From contig JAHLTZ010000018.1 in the NCBI GenBank assembly GCA_025786725.1, positions 434,001-498,000 on the forward strand: a stretch of DNA of 64,000 nt. Direction: 5' to 3'. This DNA comes from Syncephalis fuscata S228. Its lineage: Eukaryota > Fungi > Zoopagomycota. Each line of letters begins with the position of its first letter. Positions within the stretch are counted from its first letter, which is position 1. Positions 25,248-36,500 of the stretch are shown one piece after another. Made by a program: the position numbers and the translations under genes. The notes under the pieces were generated by a model. That model was not told the origin of the DNA, did not search any database, and saw only the letters and a program-made list of their open reading frames with translations.

Positions 25248-26290
25248 TTAAGGACGATAAGGTGGTGGTGGTGAAGTTTGAGCATGGCTAGATGAGCTAT
25301 GGGTATCATGGGCATCTTCAATACCCAAATATTGTCTAACTTGCAGTAGATTTTGTGAAAACACCTTTAAATCATTGGCATAATCTTGATTAGATTGCGG
25401 CTTACGAGGGCCTCCAAAGTATTTATGGGTTGGTTTTACATTATGAAATAAGATGGAAAGTACAACTTGTGTTTTATCGTTGATGCAAATATCTAATACA
25501 GAGTTATAGAGTTAATTTAATAGCAAGATTTGGTTAATGACATACCAGTAGGATTTGGATAATAAAACCATCTAATATTGAATAAATATTGCATTCCTAA
25601 TTATAATGGCATAAGACTATTTGAGTTATAGATATTGTATAAACGTACCATCTTTGATTTTTGCATAGATTTCATTTGCTCTTTCTTGTGCATCTTCGTT
25701 TGATAAAAGGTTAATTTGTGAACGAAACATAAAAAGGGTCTCGGCACACTTTGAAGTTGTAACAAAGCATTGCTTATTATTTTTCAACAAAATAACATCC
25801 TTGATTTCGGGGAGATAACGTTTGCCGTAAAATGCCATAGAGCTTTCTCCTATAGGGAATTGTCTAATGCGCTGATGTATATTTAATAGTAAGCACAAAT
25901 ACAAATGGCGTAACACTATACTTATACCTCATAGATTTTAAGATTATTATTGGCTGTATTGTCATCCTCAATGCTACCACAAGCGATATCTACTTTTAAT
26001 TTGCTGATAGTCCCTGTTGCATAGTACACACCATCGATTTCTTTAAATACACTAGTAATAGTAAGACTATCTCGACCTAGTGCTTTATAAGTAACTGGTT
26101 TGATCTTTAAAAGATCTATCGAATATAAAATTGATTTAATGGTTTAGTATACGTGCGTGTAGTCATAAGTGTTCATGATAACTACTATACCTTTTATGCC
26201 ATACTTTGGCCCATCTCCAGCAGTGACCAGTGCCGGTAGCAAGCTACATATAGCGAGAACAACAAGTATATAATGGCTATTGCTGATCAT
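25248..26290 (-). CDS. Secreted protein-kinase-like (pseudokinase) protein, 4-5 exons
   Basis: Signal peptide MISNSHYILVVLAICSLLPALVTA. Kinase-like layout VDIAC, QCFVTTSKCAETLFMF, KIKDG-MQYLFNIRWFY, DICINDKTQVVL, without HRD or DFG. Confidence 0.6.
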
Positions 26291-26660
26291 ATTGATGGTG
26301 TATTCGTTAAAAGTGCGGAGATAGTAAAATAGTGTTAAAAGTAAAAAAATGTTATCAGTTATAAACTGTTTTTTCCCACCTTGCTGTTGCCATTTTAAGA
26401 AGTAAATAGATTATATTGATATTACACACGTGGAATGAACTATTATGGCAAATTCTATAAGTATTTCCTTATTAGTATTCTTTTTAACTTTTTTCAAAAA
26501 TATCTTTTTAATCTAAAACATAAACACGTTTTAGCAAACTAATTTAGTATTTATTTGTTAGCTTCAATCATGCAAATAAATAGTAAAAAATGTATTGGTA
26601 TAGTGTTTGTTACATTAATATAATTGCTATAAGCACCAAGCGTGTCTAGAGCTACCTAGT

Positions 26661-27639
26661 CTATTTGGCTGTATCAATATGAGAAATATGAAGATAATAC
26701 TCGGTCTTTGGTCTATGTGATAACTTAACCATGCGACGCATATTCCGACAATGATTTACAATAATGGTCGAGGTTATTATCCTAGAATGGTATTAGCTAG
26801 TTGAATTACGTACCATTATTAATAACATACCAGTTTAGAACAAAATACAGCTGAGAATATACACCGCCTATTTCAAGCAATATTATTATAATACATAATA
26901 TGTTGCAAAGCACCGCTAAAACCATGGTTTGGATTCCATCACGAGCTAATTGTTTCCATGCTTCGGAACCAAACATACAATACTGCTTGTAAGCAACATG
27001 GCTGAAAATAATGGAAAAAAAGAAATTGACCGGCATTTCTGTGCCAAACCAGTAATAAGGCAGGAAAGACGAATAATTGAATACACAGCCAAGTTTCGGG
27101 TCAATTGTGATGATTGATGTCGATAGTGCGCTATATATATAACCTAACTGGGGGGACATAAATCCTATACCAACTACCAATACCCATCGTTTACGGCATA
27201 AAACAAAATAGGCTTTCTGGAGTACTATGAGATTGGTACAAGTAGCTGAAATCCAAAAACAGAAATTTGCATACCAAAGAACCATACGACAATTTACACC
27301 AACAGAAGAAAACAGTAGTATTAAAACAAGCATAAATCCTACTCCCATTAAAGATGGGAGCATACAAACCCAACTGGATACAGAGCGAGGATTATCTGCG
27401 ATGAGCTTAATGGCCCGGATCCAAGTCGTTATAAACAAAGAGCACATAAATATGTCAAGAACAAGCTGGCTATAGAATCCGATAAGCCGTGTGCGAACCT
27501 GGTTAATATCGGTTGTATCTTCCATAACATAGTTCATTATATCTAGTTCACCGAGTCGATGAAGTGGAATGCTTCCAAAATAGGTAGCATTACTCTTCCA
27601 TCCAGATATAATATTAGGATTACTTTGTATAGCTGGCAT
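26661..27639 (-). CDS. Multi-pass (7TM, GPCR-like) membrane protein, 2 exons
   Basis: About seven hydrophobic segments and an extracellular Cys pair (VNCR, LGCV). Intron 26782-26830 joins ...VLNW to IITSTIIVNHC...AK*. Confidence 0.75.
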
Positions 27640-28274
27640 TGTAATAATAGTTCTAGACTATGTAAATATACTAAACTGGACAAGGGAATAAATAGTATAA
27701 CGAATGATGCGCAGCCGCAGTAGATTCACAAGAATTGGTGCTATTATAACTGTAAACCTGTTTCTTGCACAAGGCTAGTTCTTTGCCTACATTCAAAAGC
27801 CAGACTCATGTGAACGAACACTAACCGGTTTTTACTAGACTCTAAACGATTTGTCGGTATTATACTATAAAAAATTAAATACTAATATTTTAAAGTATTT
27901 ATATACTAAACTTTGCATAGTAAAATAGCAATATGATTATATAGAAATGTAGGCGTGTCTGTAATGCTTTGCTATGGACTAAGCTATTCCAAAAATAGTA
28001 TAGCCACATTAAATAATGTATTTATTAAATTTATAAATTTTTATATTGAAATTATAATGCCTGTAAAGTTTGCCATTTCAATAAAACAGTTAGATTATCG
28101 TAAACCAAAGATATGCTGTACATAAACATAATATATATGTATATTATTACTACAACTCTGTAAATGCGCGCTATTTTATTAAATTAAACATTTATAAAGA
28201 TAGCTTTTGGTTGAGCTATTACTATCACGTATAAATGATTATGGCTTTAAATTGAAATCATTCACATTTATTTA

Positions 28275-28721
28275 TTAGTATGCCTTTCCAGCCGAGCTGA
28301 TATCTAGTGGTTTATCAGTTGTGTACTTTTTGTCATTTCTGTCACAGCTATAGTACTCGACGCCATTTTCCTTTTCGCAACTGTAAGCTGGAGCTGCGTC
28401 ATCGTCAATGTATTTGCAGGTCTTGAAATAGTACTGATCACCCTTCTTTTCAAAATAGGAACCATCCGTACCATAGTAGTTTCCTTTGTAAAGGTTATAG
28501 GTAATAGGAGGAAGCTCTTCATTTTCGGTAGAGGCAGGCTCTTGGTAAGAGTTGGAAGGTGTATATGAGGTAGAACTGGGCTTTTGGTAAGAGCTGGCAG
28601 GTGTATTTGTTTGATAATTGTTGTTGTTGTCGTTGTAATTGTACGGAGCAGCTTCGATGCTAATGGCACAGACAACTAGGACGATGGCGGCTTTGACGGC
28701 GCTGGATAGAGTGAACTTCAT
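28275..28721 (-). CDS. Secreted protein, architecture low-complexity spacer + module B (148 aa)
   Basis: Start MKFTLSSAVK...IEAAP, homologous to the family signal peptides. SYQKP/SYQEP repeats. YYGTDGSYF...YYFKTCKY...SCDRNDKKYTTDKPL. Confidence 0.9.
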   Translation of the reverse strand: MKFTLSSAVKAAIVLVVCAISIEAAPYNYNDNNNNYQTNTPASSYQKPSSTSYTPSNSYQEPASTENEELPPITYNLYKGNYYGTDGSYFEKKGDQYYFKTCKYIDDDAAPAYSCEKENGVEYYSCDRNDKKYTTDKPLDISSAGKAY

Positions 28722-29470
28722 TTTGATATTGACAATGCTATAGCTTTGGCTGTGCCTTAAAAATATAATTGCAGATGCAAATACAGTGCTGATGAATGCT
28801 TGGGATGCTACAAGATGATTTGAAACAAGAATGCTGGTGCTTGGTGTAGAATTATTGTCAACCATTAGTTTATTGCGCCTTTTATAGCTCAATTTCATGA
28901 AATACATTTATGACAATTACAGCCAGCTAATTGCTAACACCTATAGATGGTCGTACAGCAAAGGAATGAATAGGGATACCAAACGTGAAATACCATTGAC
29001 AATACTGTGTAAGTGCAGTTCCAGCACTAAGAAGCTAACGCAATTGCTAGCGATAGTATCATTATTTGCATGTTGATTGATTGACCATAGATAAAATCAA
29101 CAGTCGCTTCCAAATTGGACCTTCTACTTCATATTTTGCAAAGGCTTGCATCGTGTAAAAACCGACTATTTACGTCATATCCAATTCTACGGGACACTAA
29201 TCCTCTATTATTGGCACTCTTTAGTTTCACGAAATAATAAACGGGGAGATCTGGGGTGCATATCAATCGCATTACATAGTAAGGTGATGCTTACTGCCAT
29301 GACAGCCACTAATAAGGCCTTTCATATATCGGTAAATCATTTTTGCGCCAATTACTATTCTCTAGATTTGTTTGATCCTTACTTGTACCACTTGGGATAA
29401 ATTTGGTTGTCAAGCCTTTGGAGATTTGTGTATCGTTATTTTTTAAAGTGAAAATCGCAAAAATGATACC
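28722..29470 (-). promoter_or_regulatory. Family promoter/5' cassette, copy 4 (more diverged distally)
   Basis: 5' region aligns with 11709-11960. CTTTTATAG at 28879-28887, GTCGTACAGCAAAGGAATGA at 28950-28969. Confidence 0.7.
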
Positions 29471-29658
29471 ATCAACAAACAGTTTATGAATTACCACTGC
29501 TGCCTGTCTTTAGTTTTCTTACTGCTTTATTTTCTTTTATTCGTTTTATTCGAAATTAACGATTATGCGATAATGCCGACTACAGCAATATAAATATTAC
29601 ATACATCTTGCAAAAACATATACACGCATAGCAATGATAGTGACACCAATAAAAAGAC

Positions 29659-29721
29659 TTTTAGGCGTTCTAGACGTTTTAAACATTCTAGACATTCTAG
29701 ACGTTCTAGACGTTCTAGACA
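29659..29721. repeat. 9-bp minisatellite TTCTAGAC(G/A), 7 units
   Basis: ttttaggcg ttctagacg ttttaaaca ttctagaca ttctagacg ttctagacg ttctagaca. Confidence 0.9.
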
Positions 29722-30041
29722 TTTCTGTTTTCAGCTAATGCCACGGGTAGCCGATTTAATAAAATTAATTTATAAAAATAGATTTTGATACATTTGGTTA
29801 GTTATTTTAAATCAATAAAAGTACGGTTGTGGTTTACTATCTTTTATTTCAATCAATTGTATATTATGTGTGTGTGTCTGCATACCACATATAAAGATGC
29901 TAGAAGAAGCAAAAGTGCTTTTTTAGTACATCGTATATACAACATTGCATTATGCAATGCATCATTTATAATCATTTGCTTTTGATGCATGCTGTAACAA
30001 TCTATTTATTGACGTAATATTACGCTCTTGTGGTTTTATTG

Positions 30042-30167
30042 TACTTTGACTTCCACATTTTGAGTTTCAAAGTAAAATTCGTTTCAATTCAAGTCAATTG
30101 TAACAAAATGGCCGTAGGATGGCCACTGTTACTACTGTTATGCATGACAAAACACAAGTAGTGTTTT
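30042..30167 (-). ncRNA. Candidate omegaRNA scaffold (structured region just 3' of the Fanzor-like stop codon)
   Basis: Three consecutive stems in plus-strand coordinates: AAAACAC/GTGTTTT 30149-30167; GTAACA-aa-ATGGCC/GGCCAC-TGTTAC 30100-30132; TACTTTGA/TCAAAGTA 30042-30074. The position matches where Fanzor omegaRNAs are encoded. Confidence 0.45.
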
Positions 30168-30409
30168 TATTTGATTACTTGAAATTCACGAGGCCGGTTA
30201 TTGTTGTTGTTGACCATGTGTAGAAAGATTGATAGAATATTAATAAAAGCCATTGATCGCGATTCCATGCCAGTTCGCAGTTGTTATTGTTGTTACTACG
30301 TACAGTGTGGTTTCCTTGCGTCCGAATGGTCTCTTCTATTTTCCAATATTCTACTGTTGCATTTTGGACATATCTGCGATGTAAAATACTCGTCTATGGT
30401 GACAAAAAG
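30167..30409 (-). mobile_element. Decayed Fanzor/TnpB-like nuclease 3' fragment, copy 2
   Basis: Minus strand: LFVTIDEYFTSQICPKCNSRILENRRDHSDARKPHCT** / NNNNCELAWNRD / MAFINILSIFLHMVNNNNNRPREFQVIK*. This is the RuvC-II Glu, zinc finger, RuvC-III NRD and terminal RPxxF. Confidence 0.85.
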
Positions 30410-30698
30410 GTAGAACAGCTAGCATTTCTGATATCAACTTGATAGGCACAGTTGCTTTGCCGATTATTAATAAAGCAAATGACTTTATAACAATACACTA
30501 CAATTGTGCTTGTTGGTTGTTACAATATATATATTTATTAAATGTTATAAAATATAAAACTAATCACTGTTGAATTAGATGCCATACATCAAATACAGCA
30601 ATAATTAGCTATCGTATTAAACGAATGATGAGTTAAGATGATATACGCATAAATTGTTAGACTGAAATTCCACTCGTACCGATGCTAACATTGTTACA

Positions 30699-32694
30699 CT
30701 AGCCTTGCTCTACTTCTACCAGCATGGCACGTCTCCACCAACGACGACGACGTGTATAAGCACGTAGCCAAGGAGCAGATCTCCATCCCGACCACGTATT
30801 ATCTGCATAGCTCCAGCCATCCATATCTATCAAATGCGGCGACGTATCTTGATCCACTTGCCATTGTGTATCCACCCATTTCCATCCGAGGGTCTGCTGT
30901 GTAGCTGTGTTGGCACTATTGCCATTGCCTTCGTCTTTATCATCTACAGCCGCTAGATCTGGACTGCCTAATTGACCACTGACCATGCCCAATTGTCGTT
31001 TGGGCAATAGATCAACGGTAGTGGGCGCTGGCAGCGTAAATAATTCACGGGACGGTGCTTCATGCCCTTCCTCGTCCGTCCTATCAATAATCGTTCGTTA
31101 GTCAGTAAATAATAGCTATTATTGTGTACATTTAATGCACTTACCATGGATATGGATCAAATGGAAGAAATCGAGTTAACCAACCAAGTCCTACCCACCA
31201 GCGTTGATGCTCAAGTAGAATAATACGATGGGTAAGACCTGTATGCATTGCTAGCATTGCCGCTTCATCTTCCTCATCGCTATCTTTAATGTAATCATGT
31301 GTGCTGTAGTTAGAATATTGATCAGAGTCATTGCCACTAGCTGATCCAAAATCTCTTTTCTTTTCTAATGAAATAGAATTAAACAATGGATCATCTATAT
31401 CTGAACTAGAGCTTGAAGCAGGTAGTTCTTCACTAAAACCAGCTGAGCCGTTGATAGAACGTGGATGGGATTGTAGCTTTGCTTGAGCATCAGGACAAGT
31501 GGTATCCTGTGGCTCATCGCGCGATTCTTCTGGAATAGGCAGCATTGAATCAGTGGCCGTTGACTGGCCCACTGACGAGAAAGTAGAAGAGGTCGTTTGG
31601 CTGGAGGGACGTGATCGGCGGCGTTGTCGTAATGACGAATTACGGCGCTTTGTCTTGCTTCCAATTTGAGCTGCCAATGAGGCTGCTTGAATAAGCGGTG
31701 CATACAAAGGATTATCCTGGTGTGCATTTAATCGCCGTTGGAATCGCGAAATAACTCGTGGAAGCCAGCTAGTAGCAAAACGATACATAAACTGCATCCA
31801 CGGACTACGCCAGCTAATTAATAGACCACCTAGTGCTGCTACGGACCAGCGTGCGCCCAATTGGTAGTTGAATAAACACCAGGGCGGATAAGAATAAAGC
31901 CACCAGCGTAGAATATCACCAGCTGCCAAATCAGCCCGTGCAGCCAATCGTTTCGACTTTAATCGTAGTCGTCCAAGACGTACATTAAGCGCATCTAATG
32001 TACGAGAGACGGCGCGTAAATCGTCAGCATCATCCCGTATTGGTGATGATGATACAATGGGCGCACCATTAGCATCTACGGCAGTATGTGGTGCAGTTGG
32101 TTTTATTTGGCGACGTTGCCAATACCACCATAGAAATGCGCCTGCCACTATCCAATGAAGCATATAAATGTATAGCCATTCAGATGCTGCACAAGCAATC
32201 CACCAAAATGCTAACACTAACAGCGAACGAGATGGTTGTTTCCATTCAAGAATATCGAGTAGCCAATCCACTGCACGGAAAACCGGTGCTAATTCAAGTA
32301 GAAGACGTGTGAGAGCAAATGGAGTGCCAGCCAACGTTGCAGGCAATCGTGTATGAGAAGAGGACACTGAGGATGTACTGGTTGTACTGGCAATAGTTAA
32401 TGTTGTTGTGGCAGGAGTAAGTGTAGTTGCAGTATTGACATCCTCAGAAGATGCCATTGTTGTTGCTACTGTTGCGGCGGCTGCTGCTGCTGCTGCCATA
32501 TTACGTAGTTGACTATGCACACTACTGCTACTACTGCTACTACTGCTACTACTAGCACTGCTACTACGATTACTGTTAGTGTCGTTTATTTGATGGCTAG
32601 AATCGCTCTTATTCACGGTCTTTGGTTCTGCCGTAACGTGAATATCTGAAAGTTGTTGAGTCGTAGAACGTAATAAGTAAAGGTCAAATGGCAT
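30699..32694 (-). CDS. Pex23/Pex30-family peroxisomal membrane protein with C-terminal dysferlin domain, 2 exons
   Basis: Reticulon-like TM region (ILEWKQPSRSLL, LLISWRSPW). DysF: EHQRWWVGLGW, WKWVDTQWQVD, DGWSYADNTW, YTRRRRWWRRA. Confidence 0.88.
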
Positions 32695-33501
32695 ACCAGG
32701 ATGCCGTTCTGTCGAAGACTCCAGTTTGTTGGTCTTTGTTTACAATAAAGAGGTGAATGAGTGACACGACGCCAAGACAGCAATAATTCTATTAAAACTA
32801 TAGAAAATAAAGCTATTTAGGCAAAGAGAGAAAAGAAGACAACAAGCGCGATAAATTATCGACAAATTACGTAGTAACTGTGTTCTACGACCAGTATTAC
32901 TTGGTCAATTAACATAGCCTCTGCTTGTAAATAAAGAGTTTTAGAATCTGAATAGATAGCAAACTATCCATATAGCATGTAATAGACGTGATTAACCCAA
33001 TTCAGTAATACCTTTAAAGTATCAAAATAAAAGATATAACAATAGCAACAGCTACAATAACAATAGTAACAATTACAACGACGCCAAAAGCAATAATAAG
33101 GCAAAAAGCGGCACTTTTACCGTTCATTAGTAGACTTTTGATATCATTTACTAATGTTCCATCATCACATGTGAGACACGTTGTTAAAACTGCTATTTAC
33201 TAGAACTGTCATTGCTGTTATTACTGATTAACGACTTCCTTACATCGCTCGTTTGACTAATAATCTCTAATCTGCAACATAGCCATTCTCTTATCGCGTC
33301 ACTATTGCTGCTACTTCTACTGACGATATTACGCGTACATAGTAGATCGGCTTTGAGGGAAAGGGATCTTTGTTTATTTGTTAGGCGAGACTGTACATTC
33401 AAGCATCTGGATAACATTGTTGCTTTGACTTATACGCAACCGCAACGTTAGATTGTTTGTGGTTCTAGCCGTGTCATTGGACGGCTATTGATAGCGTCAA
33501 T

Positions 33502-36500
33502 ATGGCTGAACAATTTGCTAAACAGTCGCAGTATCAGTATGCGGCCAATTCCAATCTGGTACTCGATCAGGATCGAAGTCGCATTCCACGACGCGACAAT
33601 GAGCCGACCGGTGAGCCAGAAACGCTAGCGGGCCGTATTAATCCCAGGGAAATGGGTAATCGGGCGCAGCGAGAGAAATTGCCGGTAACAGAGGAAAAGA
33701 AACGTCGTGCACAAGAGAAGCGTGAAATTGAACAGGCCAAAAGACGTAATCGTAAAGAGGAAACGTAAGTGAATAATAATAATTAACTGACTAATTAATT
33801 AATATTTGATATAGTGGACGTGTGGGCAGTAATTTTAGTTCAGTTGTGGCGGCTACCGATGATTTAGAAGGACTTTTATACACGCCACGTACTAAAGATA
33901 CTCGTGATGCGTATGAATTAATTTTATCATTTGTACACGACTTTTTACCTGATCAGTCACACGACACAATTCGTAGTGCGGCCGATGCAGTTCTAGAAAC
34001 ACTAAAAACTGACAGTATGAAGGACTTTGACAAGAAGACAGCGATCGACGATTTATTTTCGCAAAAAACAACATCAGAACGATTTGCCCAACTAATTAGC
34101 TTAGGCAAGAAAATTACCGATTATGGTCAACAAACAAGCACGGATGGTACTGGAGATCGTGCTGATGCCGTCGACGATGAACTCGGTATGGCTGTGTGTT
34201 TGAAGATGAAGATGAAGAAGATGAGATTGGTGTTGGTTTTGACGATGATGGCGACGTTGATTATGAGGTACATGAAAGCGACGGAGATGAAGCAGAGTAT
34301 GAAGACGAAGATGAGGCTGCCGACAGAGAAGAAAGTGCTACGGTTAATGCAGCTACTTTGCTCGGTACGGGCAAAGGTCCCAGATCCACAGCTGAAGAGG
34401 CTGAAGGCACAGAACAAGCGGATGTTGAAGATGAGGATGGTTTCCGTACAGTACTTCGTCCAGATATGGTCTCAAAGACCAAACGTACACGTCGATTGGG
34501 CGCAGCTGCTGGTGCAAGACAGCGAAATCAAGCCATCGAGTCTGATTCCGTTGTTGGTATTCGATCTGCAGCACGGCATGAAGGCGACTTTCCAGCTCAT
34601 GAAATTGATGCTTTCTGGCTTCAACGATTAGTTACCAGTCACTATTCTGATCCGCTAATTGCCCAAGAAAAGACTACCAGTGCTATGCAATTCCTTTCTG
34701 ACGACGACCTTACAACACGCGATCGAGAAAACGAATTAATGCAACTGTTCGACTATGACAAATTTGAATTGGTTCAAGTATTAACACGTAATCGTGATTT
34801 AATTGTTTGGTGTACACGATTGGCCCGTGCCGGTACTGATGGTCCAGAACGCCAAGCTATTGAAGTAGAAATGCGCCAACGTCAACTTGACTGGATTCTA
34901 CGTGAATTACGTGGTGATCGTCCAACTGGCGCTGATGGTAAAGACGGCACCAGCAACGATATGGATGTAGATAAAACAATGGCGGTTGATGCTGCTGCTG
35001 CCGCTCCAGCCGAAGCACCTAGAGCAGAAGGCACCGCACCACGACGTCAACTCGATTTAGAAGCACTTACTTTTCAACAAGGCGGCCATCTTATGTCGAA
35101 TAAGCGCTGTAAACTACCTGAAGGCAGTTTTAAACGACTAAAGAAAGGCTATGAAGAAATCCACGTTCCAGCACTTAAGGCAAAACCAATGGGCGCCAAC
35201 GAACGGCTAATACCGATTAAAGAACTTCCTGAATGGGCGCAAATTGCTTTTAAAAATGCCGAAAAGCTTAATCGTATTCAAAGTCGAGTATTTCCTATTG
35301 CTTTCGGTGCCGATGATAACATGTTACTATGTGCACCCACCGGTGCAGGTAAAGTAAGTATCAATAGTAATAATATTTATCTATGTATTTATTTATTTAT
35401 GTATTTATGTATTTATTAGACAAATTGTGCCATGTTAACGATGTTACGAGAAATTAGTCATCATCGTGATCCTAATACCGGTACTATTGACTTGAATGCC
35501 TTCAAGATTGTCTATGTTGCACCAATGAAAGCTCTTGTACAAGAAATGGTTGGCAATTTTGGCTCTCGTCTTGCTCCATTCGGTGTTCAAGTAGCAGAAT
35601 TAACTGGTGATCGCCAATTAACTAAGCAACAAATTGCTGAAACACAAGTCATTATTACAACGCCGGAGAAATGGGATATTATTACACGCAAGGCTAATGA
35701 TCGTAGCTATACTAATCTAGTTCGATTAGTCATTATTGATGAAATCCATTTATTACACGATGATCGCGGTCCAGTACTTGAAAGTTTAGTAGCACGCAGT
35801 ATTCGTAGTGTTGAACAGACCCGGCGACCTGTACGTTTGGTCGGTCTAAGTGCTACTCTGCCCAATTATACAGATGTAGCAGCCTTTCTACGCGTTGATC
35901 CTGACCGTGGCCTTTTTCACTTTGATAGCAGCTATCGTCCATGTCCACTCAAACAAGAATATGTGGCAATTACTGAACGTAAAGCAATTAAGCGCTACCA
36001 AGCAATGAATGAAGTTACTTACGAAAAGGTTATGGAATACGCCGGCAAGCATCAAGTACTTATTTTCACTCATTCGCGTAAAGAAACAGCACGCACAGCA
36101 AAATGGATCCGTGATGCGGCCATTGAACGCGATACCATTGGCCAATTTTTACGTCAAGACTCGGCTGTTCGAGAGATTCTTCAGTCAGAAGCAGCTACAG
36201 CTAAAGACGCCAATCTACAGGATCTATTGCCATATGGCTTTGCTATTCACCATGCTGGTATGACACGTGCAGATCGTACGTTGGTTGAAGATCTATTTGG
36301 TGATGGACACGTACAAGTGCTTATTTCAACAGCCACACTTGCTTGGGGAGTTAATTTGCCAGCCCACACTGTTATTATTAAGGGTACACAGATCTATTCG
36401 CCAGAAAAGGGCCGTTGGGTTGAACTAAGTCCACAGGATGTGTTGCAAATGCTGGGACGTGCTGGTCGACCACAGCACGATACATTTGGCGAAGGTATTA

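Noticed and set aside
29659-29721. CRISPR-like array
   Set aside because: Contiguous 9-mers with no spacers, in a eukaryotic context.
30201-30413. Plus-strand 70-aa ORF
   Set aside because: Antisense shadow of the Fanzor-like fragment.
30410-30690. Upstream remainder of the Fanzor gene (RuvC-I, REC/WED) or a transposase
   Set aside because: A stop appears within a few codons upstream and no motifs are recognisable. No intact nuclease is present in this window.
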